From IMG/VR virus record IMGVR_UViG_3300009073_000006, positions 1-54,180 of that record: a stretch of 54,180 bases of DNA; one strand, given 5' to 3'. Shown here piece after piece: positions 33,478 to 43,126 of the stretch. The first letter of the stretch is position 1; every line of letters begins with the position of its first letter. The notes beneath the pieces were generated by a model. The model did no database searches. It saw only the letters and a program-made list of their open reading frames with translations, and was not told the DNA's origin. A program made the translations under genes and the position numbers. This DNA is from a virus.

Positions 33478-36412
33478 GAGTTAGAAGTCCTTCATCAGAG
33501 TAATTGTTTAAAAGGTTAATCACAAGTTCTGCGTTAGTGTGGTTAGGTTTAATCTCTGGCATCTTTTTAGACCAGCGATGCCCGACGTTTACTTCGCAAG
33601 GTACTTTGTAATTTACTCCGTTAAAGTTACACTGTAATTCCATCATTGTCAAGATGTAATCTATTAAAGTTCTCTCTTTAAGTACCTCGACTGGTACTTG
33701 ATAAGTTAAACTGTCGTGTGTTTGCAGTAACAAGTCGATGTTATGCTCACGCATGAATGTTGAGTTATCGTCTGCTACTGCAACATGCGGTTTGCCGACT
33801 TGATCCAAGTTACCGTAATACATTCTAATCATGGCTTCGTTGATCATGCCTGCTGTACCGCCTTGGCCGTAGAAAGCAAGTAACGCGCGTGTTAAACTAG
33901 CATGTTCACCGCGTCGTTTGTAGTCGTCAAAGTAAACAGTTAACCCGCCAAAGCAAGTAACTAAACCTTCGTTATCTATGCACTGTTGCAGGATATCTTT
34001 ACGCCAAGGTTTTTGTTGCGAGTATTCTTCGAAGTAAGGTATCATAACAAAGTCGCAGAATTGATAATAGTCTTCTCTCGACCAAGTTGAAGGGTCTAAG
34101 CCCAAGGCTACTGCTGCGGCGGCTAAAGCTTCCTTACCTGCGTTGACGTAAACGGTGTGTGCAGTCATGCCGTAGTTACCGCCGTGAGTGAGTTTTTTAA
34201 TAATCTGCCGTAAGCCTGTGATCGGATGATTCATTATTGCGTTCTCGGCTTCGTCGTCAGACTTGCGCAGGCGCATACCTTCTTCATAAGGCAGTTGTAA
34301 GATAGTCTCAACATGAACGGTGTGAGTATCACGATCATCAAACACATTTTTCATCATGTTTTTATCGCCGCAAGCTACCGCGAAATGATACAAGTCAGCT
34401 TGTGAGTAGTCGATATCTAATAAGACTTTACCATCGTCTGCGGTCATAAAGCTGCGCATTTTTGCAGATATGTTTTGAACGTTACTGCCTTTCCAGAAAC
34501 TACTGCCACGACAGTTGAGTCGTCCAGTATAAGGCGCTAATCCGTAACCGTAGGTCATGCGACCATGATGGGGTTTAAGTGACTGATACATTTCAATTTG
34601 CTTTTTAGGCTCGCGATGTGCGCGTATGTACTCAATCGCTTTATCGAAGATAGGATGCTGTTCTGCAACAAGGATTAGTTGTTTCTGGTCTACCGAAAAG
34701 CTAGTCTTGCGATTGGGTTTTTTCGGCGGGGGATTAGCACCTAGTGTGTGATATAGCCAATTAACAACTTCGGTATCGGTGTCAGTTTTAACAACGTGGT
34801 TAGAGGCTTTTTGCAAATCAACTAGTGCTTCGCTGGATTTTTTGCGGTGTCCTGCTAGTAACCTGTGCAGTTCTGGCGTGTCCATTTTCATGCCTTTGAA
34901 GTTTGTCTCAAACAAAGGCCCGCGCATTAGTGCGTATTCTTTAGCGTAATTATAACCCGCCCAAGAATTACCGTTCACTAACTCGATTAGTTTTAAAAAC
35001 GCGGTCATGCACATATGCGTGTCTAGCCCAGCGTACCGCCAGTAAATCATTAACCCTTGTCGAGTAACAGGAACGGCGTATTTTACTTGTGTTTTCTTCT
35101 CACCACTACCGCCCTTGATTTCGTCTTTCCAGAAATAATAATCATCACAAAAGATACTGGCAACAGTTGCAAGGCTCTGCGGCATACGAGCGCGATAGCT
35201 GTGCCACATTAACATAGTATCATAATTCAAACCTGCGCTGGGCATATTGTAAAGCATTGAATAGTGATTGTCGTAGTTACCGTTGTGCCAGATTTTCGGC
35301 GCGTGATGGTTAAGTATCGCATCCAACACCGCTTTAAATGCACCGAAACCTACATACTCATTATCTTGAGCAATCGGTGCAATGTGTGCAACAAGCCAAG
35401 TTTTCATGGTTGATTTATCGTTGTTACTTATCCCTGTCACGCTGATACAGGTAATATGTCCCATAGAAGTTTCAAAGTCTAACGCAAGTAAACACTGCTG
35501 ACTTAACCACTGATGAAAACGATAAGTATTATACCACGATGAATTGACAAGTTTATCAGTAGGTCCAGCTACCGCTGATATAGCGCGGCCACCTAGCGAC
35601 AGAACCTCAAATCTTTCATCAAAGGTATTAGTACAGCAACGAGGGTCTTTGTAAATTCGTTGTAGTTTGTCAATATCATACTCAAAGAACTGACAGGATT
35701 GTGTCTTGCTAACTTCGTCTTTACCTGTGAGGCGGTTAAAATTCGGCGCGTAGCATTTAAAAGCGTCTTCGATAACTATCGCAGGAATACCCGCGAAAAA
35801 CTCGTTTAGATAAATACTTCCACGAAATGCGGCGAGAGTTTTTTTATTACCGTGCCCTGTGCTGCCATGTAGTAAACAAACCAAAACATCAAAATGATTA
35901 ATAACAAATACACTAGCGCGTGGAATATAACTCGAAAGAGCATGAGAGAATAACTCCTGATAGTTATCAGACGGTTGGATTGTTTGTTTAGTTCGCGGTT
36001 TTGTGATCTTGTTTTTAGGCGTGCCTACTGTGACAAAGCGAAGCTTGCGCAGCAAATGAGGGCAACGTTGTTGGAAGATTTTCTTAATATATGATTTTCG
36101 CTTGTCATTTTCGCCAGGCGCTAACAGCCAAACTATGAGGTCTTTACCTTCTTGTTTACTGACTGTTGGTTCGTTACGATCATTAACGCGGTCGGTGGCT
36201 GCTTCGAGATAGTCTTCTTCTGTCATGATATGCGCAGGGCGCACGGCTTCTAGTTTCTCCCACAAGTCGTCTGGTATCTCACTAGCTTTTTTGTCAGTTG
36301 CAAAAAACTTAGGACGGTTTAGCATTGCTGCCATATCTTTATCGTCGTTATCCATGAGCGAGGCTATTCTTTCGATTTCATGTGTGGTAGAATTTGAAGC
36401 TTTTTTTGACAT
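33470..36412 (-). CDS. family A DNA polymerase with 3'-5' exonuclease domain and about 300-aa N-terminal extension
   Basis: Exo motifs LALDFETS, HNGNYDNHY, YAGLDTHM. Polymerase motif A DIDYSQADLYHFA, motif B RQIIKKLTHGGNYGM, motif C LLQTHDSL. Confidence 0.9.
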   Translation of the reverse strand: MSKKASNSTTHEIERIASLMDNDDKDMAAMLNRPKFFATDKKASEIPDDLWEKLEAVRPAHIMTEEDYLEAATDRVNDRNEPTVSKQEGKDLIVWLLAPGENDKRKSYIKKIFQQRCPHLLRKLRFVTVGTPKNKITKPRTKQTIQPSDNYQELFSHALSSYIPRASVFVINHFDVLVCLLHGSTGHGNKKTLAAFRGSIYLNEFFAGIPAIVIEDAFKCYAPNFNRLTGKDEVSKTQSCQFFEYDIDKLQRIYKDPRCCTNTFDERFEVLSLGGRAISAVAGPTDKLVNSSWYNTYRFHQWLSQQCLLALDFETSMGHITCISVTGISNNDKSTMKTWLVAHIAPIAQDNEYVGFGAFKAVLDAILNHHAPKIWHNGNYDNHYSMLYNMPSAGLNYDTMLMWHSYRARMPQSLATVASIFCDDYYFWKDEIKGGSGEKKTQVKYAVPVTRQGLMIYWRYAGLDTHMCMTAFLKLIELVNGNSWAGYNYAKEYALMRGPLFETNFKGMKMDTPELHRLLAGHRKKSSEALVDLQKASNHVVKTDTDTEVVNWLYHTLGANPPPKKPNRKTSFSVDQKQLILVAEQHPIFDKAIEYIRAHREPKKQIEMYQSLKPHHGRMTYGYGLAPYTGRLNCRGSSFWKGSNVQNISAKMRSFMTADDGKVLLDIDYSQADLYHFAVACGDKNMMKNVFDDRDTHTVHVETILQLPYEEGMRLRKSDDEAENAIMNHPITGLRQIIKKLTHGGNYGMTAHTVYVNAGKEALAAAAVALGLDPSTWSREDYYQFCDFVMIPYFEEYSQQKPWRKDILQQCIDNEGLVTCFGGLTVYFDDYKRRGEHASLTRALLAFYGQGGTAGMINEAMIRMYYGNLDQVGKPHVAVADDNSTFMREHNIDLLLQTHDSLTYQVPVEVLKERTLIDYILTMMELQCNFNGVNYKVPCEVNVGHRWSKKMPEIKPNHTNAELVINLLNNYSDEGLLTHG

Positions 36413-36425
36413 GATTAACCTGTGT

Positions 36426-36770
36426 TTATAAAAACATTGCAGAGATAGTCACTACAAACATATGACTTTTAGTCGTGGCTTTTTTGCGGATAGTAAAACG
36501 ATCAATAACAAATACTTTACCGCTTACGTGTTCGGTCATTCTGATGTTTGGATTACTGCGCATCAGTTCAGTTAACAAACCATGATAGTTTTCGATAATG
36601 TCTTGTTCAAAGTCGGTATCATCTTTGGACTGTAAAGCAGTCTGCACTTTACCAGTTAGTGCATTAAATATGTCGTAAAAACCCTCCCATTCATGGCTAA
36701 TAAACCCGTAATTTCTCTTCATACCTCCGCTCACGTGTTCAAATAGATTAATGTCAAATTGATAATTCAC
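36426..36770 (-). CDS. hypothetical protein (GTG start)
   Basis: 114 aa. GTG start at 36770 with AAGGA 7 nt upstream. Confidence 0.5.
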   Translation of the reverse strand: MNYQFDINLFEHVSGGMKRNYGFISHEWEGFYDIFNALTGKVQTALQSKDDTDFEQDIIENYHGLLTELMRSNPNIRMTEHVSGKVFVIDRFTIRKKATTKSHMFVVTISAMFL

Positions 36771-36789
36771 AAGCTTATCCTTTATTGTA

Positions 36790-36825
36790 TTTTTAAAAAC
36801 GGCAGAGATAACTAAACCCCTGCCG
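36790..36825 (-). terminator. rho-independent terminator (minus strand)
   Basis: The minus-strand RNA reads CGGCAG GGGTTTAGTTATCT CTGCCG followed by TTTTT. It lies 43 nt after the stop of gene 36869. Confidence 0.55.
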
Positions 36826-36868
36826 CTAGGTTTATCTTAACGCGTCAGCGTTATCGTCAGCGTTATCA

Positions 36869-37483
36869 TTAACCGACTGGTTGAAACTCGTCCATAATAT
36901 TGATCTGAACGTTAACACGGTCGCCCCATTTGTTGTGACCGATAGGTGTGATAGTCAACTTACCTGTCGCCAGTTCAATCAACTCGCTAAGTGATTTATT
37001 ATCGCAGTCGTTTTCTTCCCAAGCTTGTTCGCCAAGGTGACGTTGCATCAAAGTAACTGCTTTATCAAAGCCCGTGTTTTTCGCTTTAGCTTTGTCTTCG
37101 TCGTTTTCTGGCAAACGCAAGACGCGGTTTTCACCAGAACCCTCAACGACTAAACCGTCGTTACCAAACAAGACGCTTTCAGTGTATTCTTGATCGACAA
37201 ATTCAGCCATTTTGTCAGCACTGACGCGCTTGTCTTTAACGTCGAAGTATTTGCCTTTATCGTCAACACCTTTGATGATGTAGTTAAACTCAAGGCGTGC
37301 AGCTTCTTCACCCTCGAAAGGATGCCCTTCGTTTTTAATCTCGTAAGACTCTTGGTTAACCCCTACCAATTCAAGCACATAATCCCCTTTCGGAAACAGT
37401 TTACTTTCCATAATAGTAGCTTCTGCTACTTTTTTACCTAGTAGGTCGTCCATAGTTGCTGGACCAGCTGTTTCGTTAAACAT
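36869..37483 (-). CDS. hypothetical protein, possible DUF669-like ssDNA-binding partner of the Sak4-like ATPase
   Basis: 204 aa, acidic. LFPKGDYVLELVGV resembles the DUF669 core. Sits directly downstream of the Sak4-like ATPase, as in many phages. Weak. Confidence 0.3.
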   Translation of the reverse strand: MFNETAGPATMDDLLGKKVAEATIMESKLFPKGDYVLELVGVNQESYEIKNEGHPFEGEEAARLEFNYIIKGVDDKGKYFDVKDKRVSADKMAEFVDQEYTESVLFGNDGLVVEGSGENRVLRLPENDEDKAKAKNTGFDKAVTLMQRHLGEQAWEENDCDNKSLSELIELATGKLTITPIGHNKWGDRVNVQINIMDEFQPVG

Positions 37484-37553
37484 ATGTTTTCTTTCTCTGA
37501 GTTAAAAAGATGAGTTATCCCATCTTCGGATTATGATAAGTAACGCGCGCGCG

Positions 37554-38525
37554 TTATCCTACCAATTCTTTTATCATCGCCCCTGTAAGGATACAGATGG
37601 GCGGTAATGTATTTGGGTCTCGCGGTGTTGGTTTAGGTAATCCTGCCTCTTTAGCGTAGTCACCATAACCCCACGGCGGAAACTTGTGTTCTGCGGGGGC
37701 TACTCTGCATCCGCCAGAAATTCGCGTCGGCGATCCTTTAGTTGACATCGTGCTAGTCATGCCGTCGTTTGCTTGCGTCGCATAGATAACGTCACCAAAT
37801 GCCGCAGGTACTTTTGCAGCTTGATTACCTGATGTTGACAACACTTGTACGTGTGTTTCGTCTCGTTTTGATGCACCTTCGCGGATAGTGTGTGTGTAAA
37901 AGTCTCTATGCGCAGTCATGATAACGTTGCAAGGTAAACTGTTAAGCTGACTCGCGATTGGGTCAAGGACTAGGTTACAATAATTAAAAAACGCAAACAA
38001 GTCTTCGCTGCCTTTAGCTGTTTTAACAGTAATCTTACCTTCAAACGGGTCTAGTCCGTGCAGGTTTTTAAAGTCCTCAACAACGTCGCGAGTAATCTGT
38101 GTCCAGCTATCAACTAACAAAACATCGTTAATCGTAAACAAACTCAAGTCAACAGCGTAATAAAGCTGATCATCTTTTAAAACACTAGGACTAGACATTT
38201 TCTTGCGTGTTGCAGGGCAGTAAATAAACTGACTATATTCCAACATCAGCATTAAAAACGCAGCCATAGTTGAACCTGTAGCGGATTGGTTAACTGGTAT
38301 CCTTGACACACGCTTTTGTGCGTCTGGAGATAACTGCTTTAAAATACCTGTGTTATTTTCGCCGTCTAAGATCGTGAGATTAAACCCAGCTTCCGCCGCA
38401 GTACCGCTCCACCAAGTTTTTCGCGCCTTTGATGGACCGTAAACTAGCGTCCGCGCGGGTTCTATTAAACCTTTGGTTTCGGCTTCATCGCCAAATGATA
38501 GGTTAGTGAATTGATTAAAGTCCAT
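37554..38525 (-). CDS. RecA-fold AAA ATPase (Sak4 / AAA_24-like)
   Basis: Walker A is LVYGPSKARKTW and Walker B is VLLVDSW. ATG 38525 overlaps the upstream TGA. Confidence 0.6.
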   Translation of the reverse strand: MDFNQFTNLSFGDEAETKGLIEPARTLVYGPSKARKTWWSGTAAEAGFNLTILDGENNTGILKQLSPDAQKRVSRIPVNQSATGSTMAAFLMLMLEYSQFIYCPATRKKMSSPSVLKDDQLYYAVDLSLFTINDVLLVDSWTQITRDVVEDFKNLHGLDPFEGKITVKTAKGSEDLFAFFNYCNLVLDPIASQLNSLPCNVIMTAHRDFYTHTIREGASKRDETHVQVLSTSGNQAAKVPAAFGDVIYATQANDGMTSTMSTKGSPTRISGGCRVAPAEHKFPPWGYGDYAKEAGLPKPTPRDPNTLPPICILTGAMIKELVG

Positions 38526-38761
38526 CACCCATTCCCGTTGTTTTTGCCGCGATTAGCTGCGGCTATTTCAACACACTTAACACCCACACAAACACCCTCG
38601 TAAACCGGCTTGGCTACCGTGGACATTAAAGCGGTCTTATTAAGAACAACCTTAAACGCGTTCATTTCAGCTTGCTTTTTAATTCGTTCAAACTTAGACG
38701 ATTTACAACGAAAGGTTTGTCCACAAACTTTACACTGTACTCTGATTGGTTGAATTGTCAA
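38525..38761 (-). CDS. small zinc-ribbon-like protein (TTG start)
   Basis: 78 aa with CKVCGQTFRC and CVGVKC. The TTG start overlaps the upstream TGA. Confidence 0.35.
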   Translation of the reverse strand: MTIQPIRVQCKVCGQTFRCKSSKFERIKKQAEMNAFKVVLNKTALMSTVAKPVYEGVCVGVKCVEIAAANRGKNNGNG

Positions 38762-39228
38762 TTTACTATCCTTCCTAGTTCATCAATGATACCATGCCCG
38801 AAAGATTGTCCGTCATGGTATTTGGTAACGGGTGTTTTACATTGACGTAATTCAGTACCTTCGATTGATTTCAGTTCAAGGTACTGCAAAGCCGCGTCAA
38901 CGATAGGCCAGAATTTAACCATTATGTCAGGCTCTACGTTATAAAGCATCGCAGTGGTTTTGAAAGCTTGACGCCAGTTAGTCTCTGGTGTTTGATCCTT
39001 CTCATAGCGGACTTCGTTTTCCTCGCGTACTTGCCCAACGTTTAAAGCGTAGGTTAACAAACCATGCGCTTCTGCGAATTGCGGAAAGCTAATTTCATCA
39101 CAAAGAAAAGAATAAAACGGCACGTCAATTTGCATACCTTTTAACTCTGGATTGCTGCTTATGCTACGCATTGCGTTAGATGATTGCATTGAGTGATTAA
39201 CTCGCGGTGGTAAGATAAGCTTGCTCAT
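38758..39228 (-). CDS. hypothetical protein
   Basis: 156-aa ORF packed in the operon. Confidence 0.5.
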   Translation of the reverse strand: MSKLILPPRVNHSMQSSNAMRSISSNPELKGMQIDVPFYSFLCDEISFPQFAEAHGLLTYALNVGQVREENEVRYEKDQTPETNWRQAFKTTAMLYNVEPDIMVKFWPIVDAALQYLELKSIEGTELRQCKTPVTKYHDGQSFGHGIIDELGRIVN

Positions 39229-39241
39229 TTGTTGACAACTT

Positions 39242-39535
39242 TCAGATTTTGATTTTCTTGATAGCGAGTAACGCTGGTTTTTGACGCTTACGTTTGCATG
39301 TTTTTAAATACACGTCTTTACCAGATTGTGCAAATGCAAAGTTTGTTAACCATGCTTGATTAATGTCACTGGTTAACGTCTCGCCAGACATATGAAGATA
39401 TTGCGCAGGTAAGACTGGCTTTAACTCACCGTTGCCGTTGCGTTGCACAACAACCAAACCATGACTGCCTAGAATTTTGGCAAACTTTATAACCTTTGAA
39501 CCGTCGGCAGATTGCACTACTGTTGGGTTGCTCAT
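39242..39535 (-). CDS. hypothetical protein
   Basis: 97 aa with a GGAGA RBS and a basic C-terminus. Confidence 0.5.
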   Translation of the reverse strand: MSNPTVVQSADGSKVIKFAKILGSHGLVVVQRNGNGELKPVLPAQYLHMSGETLTSDINQAWLTNFAFAQSGKDVYLKTCKRKRQKPALLAIKKIKI

Positions 39536-39546
39536 TTTCTTGTCTC

Positions 39547-39780
39547 CTACTCTGGCGCGGGTTGTGTAGTTAACAAAACAGGCGGATGCAGAGTACCTAA
39601 AATAGTTAACTTAACCGCGCCACCCGCGACTAACTCAGCTAGTTCTTTCGGTGTAGGTTCCCACACGGTAGTCATCATATGATAACCGTCAATTACTTCG
39701 TCTTTAATTGCCAAAGAACTAAACTCGTCTTGCGTTTCGGCTAAGACTCTAGTGTTGTCTTTTATTCTTAGTGCTTGCAT
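39547..39780 (-). CDS. hypothetical protein
   Basis: 77 aa with a GAGGAG RBS. Confidence 0.5.
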   Translation of the reverse strand: MQALRIKDNTRVLAETQDEFSSLAIKDEVIDGYHMMTTVWEPTPKELAELVAGGAVKLTILGTLHPPVLLTTQPAPE

Positions 39781-39792
39781 TTTATTATCTCC

Positions 39793-40782
39793 TCAAACTT
39801 CCATATACAAAGTAACCCACGGATTAAAATCACGTTCTTCTGCGACTTCCCATTCACCGTAGTTTAACAAGCGATTTTGTAGTTCTTCGTGATCACTAAT
39901 GTGACAGTTCTTAAAAAACGCGCAAGGACGGCCCCAAAATTCACAACCCGAGTTAGTTCGCGGCCACACTTCACGATCATTAAATCGTTCCATGTCTGCA
40001 ATCAAAGAAGTAACGCTTTCAAACCACGCATGAACGTCAGAGATATCGCGTTTAAAGTTATACGCTCGATGATCAGGGTCTAGTATATCGACAAACAAAC
40101 TATGATATTCAGTATCGAATTTTAGATATTTTCCATCAGTAGAGTTGCCAGTTAAATGCTCCAAGATTAACCCGTAAGGAACAAGCTGGCTATCGTACTT
40201 AAACTTATGCTCTTGGTTTTCAGATGATCTTTGTTTATAATCGCGGTGAGTTTTAAAATCAATAGCCTTGTAGCGTTTGAAAAAGTCACTATAAGTAACT
40301 AGGTCTATCGCTCCACGAAAACGGTAGTCACAAGCCCAATCTTCGCTAGTAAACACGATCTGAAAACGCAACTCGATAGCTGGGCGGCTTTCACCGTTAA
40401 TTTCAAAATAAGCTAACTGCGATTGATCAATGTCCATTTCAGCATAGAGTGCCTCGGCAGTGTGCAAGCAAGCTTCAAAGCCACGGTTATCTCGCGTAAA
40501 CGGGGTAGCTTCCTCTTCTGCTACAAAATCGAAACCATAGAAAAAAGCCATACGGGCTTGCTCGATTGAATTAGTAGCTATGCGTGTTTGCAAATACTCA
40601 TGTATCGCAGTGCCGCCAGCCGCAGCTAGTCCCGTCTCCCAAGCGTGCTTTGGTTGTGTGAATAGCTTGCGTATCTGATACTTGCGCGAGCATGTTTTTA
40701 ACTCTTTATTAGAAGAATACGACATATCGCGCATGGGTTTGATTTTCGCGTCACGGGCGGACGGACTATTTAAATCGCTCAT
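39793..40782 (-). CDS. PD-(D/E)XK nuclease, Cas4/RecB-like with Fe-S cysteines
   Basis: GAIDLV ... AIDFKTH (D ... D-x-K) and QLVPYG (QhxxY). Four cysteines: KTCSRK plus the C-terminal CEFWGRPCAFFKNC. Confidence 0.75.
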   Translation of the reverse strand: MSDLNSPSARDAKIKPMRDMSYSSNKELKTCSRKYQIRKLFTQPKHAWETGLAAAGGTAIHEYLQTRIATNSIEQARMAFFYGFDFVAEEEATPFTRDNRGFEACLHTAEALYAEMDIDQSQLAYFEINGESRPAIELRFQIVFTSEDWACDYRFRGAIDLVTYSDFFKRYKAIDFKTHRDYKQRSSENQEHKFKYDSQLVPYGLILEHLTGNSTDGKYLKFDTEYHSLFVDILDPDHRAYNFKRDISDVHAWFESVTSLIADMERFNDREVWPRTNSGCEFWGRPCAFFKNCHISDHEELQNRLLNYGEWEVAEERDFNPWVTLYMEV

Positions 40783-41462
40783 TACATCAAGTCCGCAAAT
40801 TCGTTAGCCAGATCGTCAACGGCTTTAGCTTTTTCTTCTTTAACTGCTACTTTTTTCTGTGCAGTAGTTTTCTTTGCTGCGGCTTTACCGTGCGCGGTAC
40901 TTGTCAACACACCCATTGCGCGGGTAATGTTGCCTAAGTGCTCTGGCAATAACAAGTCTTTTAACTCACGATCGTTCTTTAACTGGTCATGCAAAGTAGC
41001 TAACGTATCTCTGGCAGCGATAGGATGGTTGATAACTAGCGCAAGCTTATCAAGTTGATACTTTAATAAATCTTCTGCACTAGCGTCAGCGTCAGGCGCG
41101 GGTGGCAACTCGATACCGTCTAAGATGTTATTCTCTTTAGATAGGTTTCGCTGGGCAAATGCGTTAGCGATTTTATCCTCGTTATCCCCGTTATCTCTTC
41201 CACTTTCTTTTCCGTCATCTCCGTTATCGCTTGCATCATCACCGCTTCCATTAGCTTTTTTTCCGCCGCCAGCGATTTTCGCTTCTCCTGCTGATTTTCC
41301 GAAGAAATTTGTGGCATTAGTTTTTGCTTCTTTAGGTGCAGTATCTTCCGGCGTTGCAGTGTCTTCCTGTACCGCGCTTGTCCCTTTGACAGGTTCTTCA
41401 ACTTTTTCATCAGACTTACCCTCACTGCGTTTAGCTTTCGCTCGGTTAAAAAAATCACTCAT
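40782..41462 (-). CDS. hypothetical protein with low-complexity K/E/D/G-rich N-terminus
   Basis: 226 aa. TAATG overlap with the downstream gene. Confidence 0.5.
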   Translation of the reverse strand: MSDFFNRAKAKRSEGKSDEKVEEPVKGTSAVQEDTATPEDTAPKEAKTNATNFFGKSAGEAKIAGGGKKANGSGDDASDNGDDGKESGRDNGDNEDKIANAFAQRNLSKENNILDGIELPPAPDADASAEDLLKYQLDKLALVINHPIAARDTLATLHDQLKNDRELKDLLLPEHLGNITRAMGVLTSTAHGKAAAKKTTAQKKVAVKEEKAKAVDDLANEFADLM

Positions 41463-41910
41463 GGATGTCTACCCCTGCTTTAGTAATGATTTTGGAAAAG
41501 TCTAGCGCTGCGGCGTCAGTGGCAAATTCCCAAGTCATACGAACGTCGTTAGTGTTGTCCGCCATGCGCGAGTAACCAACAAAATGCGACTTGAACGGGA
41601 TAAACTTTTTACCCGTGTTTTCCTCGTGTTCTTTTTTAATACGCGATAAAGAAACACGAAAAGAATTAACCCGCTTTGCGACAAACATTGCAAGTTTTTT
41701 ATCAGAAAGCAATCCACCGCTCGCACGAATAGCATAATGCACTTGTGCTTTTTTAGCATCGCCTTCGTTATCTAGTGATATATCACCGCCAACTAGAATG
41801 AAATAATAAACCGCGTCACTAACGCTGTCGATAAACGGGGTAAAGTCTTCACCTTCGTCGCGGCGCTGTTGATGTAACGCCGCGATAGCCTGTGGGTCTA
41901 GTTTAGCCAT
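41455..41910 (-). CDS. hypothetical protein
   Basis: 151-aa ORF that overlaps the next gene by 8 nt. Confidence 0.5.
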   Translation of the reverse strand: MAKLDPQAIAALHQQRRDEGEDFTPFIDSVSDAVYYFILVGGDISLDNEGDAKKAQVHYAIRASGGLLSDKKLAMFVAKRVNSFRVSLSRIKKEHEENTGKKFIPFKSHFVGYSRMADNTNDVRMTWEFATDAAALDFSKIITKAGVDIHE

Positions 41911-41914
41911 TTGA

Positions 41915-42808
41915 TCAAGCCTTGTCTTGCGTTATTAGTTTACGCGCTTGAGTTAGGGTCGTGAAGTTGTTTTTAACAAACTTTTTGACCTGAAAATTAG
42001 GGCAAGTTCTCATGTTAGTGTAATCGTTGTGACCACTAACGAATTTAAAGTTAAGGTAATCGTCGCGGCTTAAGTACAATTCAAAAAACTCACCAAACGC
42101 GATAATAAACCCTAGCGTTGCAATGAGTTGATCCCGCGTGTAGATGTCAAGAAAGTTTTCATCATTAGATGAACGTCCGCGATATCCCTTACCGCCTTTG
42201 CCGCCGAACAAACAAAAACCCATGTTGTTAGCGTTTTCGCCTAGAACGTGCGCGCCATTACGGCGCATTGGCCGACCTTTAACAACGTTGCCTCTGCGAC
42301 CACCTAAAAAATGATAACCAATATCAGACCAGCCGTTACCTCTAGGTTTAGGGTTAGTGTGCCAGCGCCGGATTTCTTCAACGCCACCTAGTGTGTTTTT
42401 ATCAAACCAAGTTGGTTGAGTATCTGCGCAATGTATTGTCAGGCGGTTGAACGGTTTACTTCCGCGCACGTTTTCCTGCTTTTTAAACAAAGCTAACGTA
42501 TTTTTTGCACTATCTGCAATTTCTCGCATAGCCTTGCCATGCACGCTTTCGGTTTCAATTAACGTCTGTTCTTTTTCGTCAGAAACTACGGTGAGATTTT
42601 CGGCAGGCTGTTTAGCTAACAGTTGAGTTACGGTCTTATGGTAACCAACTTCCAAACCATTCATACGTTGGTCTAATCTTTCAATCACCGCGTCTTGTTC
42701 TTCGACTTTATCAAGTAACGCTTTTAACCCTTTTCCAAACGCGCCATAACCATCGTCTAGTGCAACAGCTAATTTAGTTAACTCTTTTGAATTTTTATCA
42801 TCAGTCAT
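41915..42808 (-). CDS. N-acetylmuramoyl-L-alanine amidase (Amidase_2 / T7 lysozyme-like) with N-terminal coiled-coil extension
   Basis: Start trimmed to ATG 42808 (GAGGA 9 nt upstream). Motifs WSDIGYHFLGGRRGNVVKGRP, GAHVLGENANNMGFCLFG and SGHNDYTNMRTCPNF. Confidence 0.85.
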   Translation of the reverse strand: MTDDKNSKELTKLAVALDDGYGAFGKGLKALLDKVEEQDAVIERLDQRMNGLEVGYHKTVTQLLAKQPAENLTVVSDEKEQTLIETESVHGKAMREIADSAKNTLALFKKQENVRGSKPFNRLTIHCADTQPTWFDKNTLGGVEEIRRWHTNPKPRGNGWSDIGYHFLGGRRGNVVKGRPMRRNGAHVLGENANNMGFCLFGGKGGKGYRGRSSNDENFLDIYTRDQLIATLGFIIAFGEFFELYLSRDDYLNFKFVSGHNDYTNMRTCPNFQVKKFVKNNFTTLTQARKLITQDKA

Positions 42809-42900
42809 TTTGTTAGTCCTCATGTTTTTCTTAAACTTACGCAAAGTTACATCTGTATTAAAACTTTGTCAATCCCTAATTTTACAACTATTTAACTAAA

Positions 42901-43107
42901 TTATTGAACTGTCCAATGCAGCGAGCTACTTATTACATAGCTAACAAGGCTTTCCTCGTTACTGCGAATTATCAACAAGCTTAATCCGTTGTCGTTATTT
43001 ACAACTCTCACCCCGTCAATGTGATTAGGATAAGTGTAAACACCTAGCTGTTTTTTATCTCCGTTTTTTAAAATCTTCATCACGGTTACTGTTTTTACTC
43101 TGGTCAT
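42901..43107 (-). CDS. hypothetical protein
   Basis: 68 aa with an AAGGA RBS. Confidence 0.5.
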   Translation of the reverse strand: MTRVKTVTVMKILKNGDKKQLGVYTYPNHIDGVRVVNNDNGLSLLIIRSNEESLVSYVISSSLHWTVQ

Positions 43108-43126
43108 AGATTTTATCCTTTATCCT

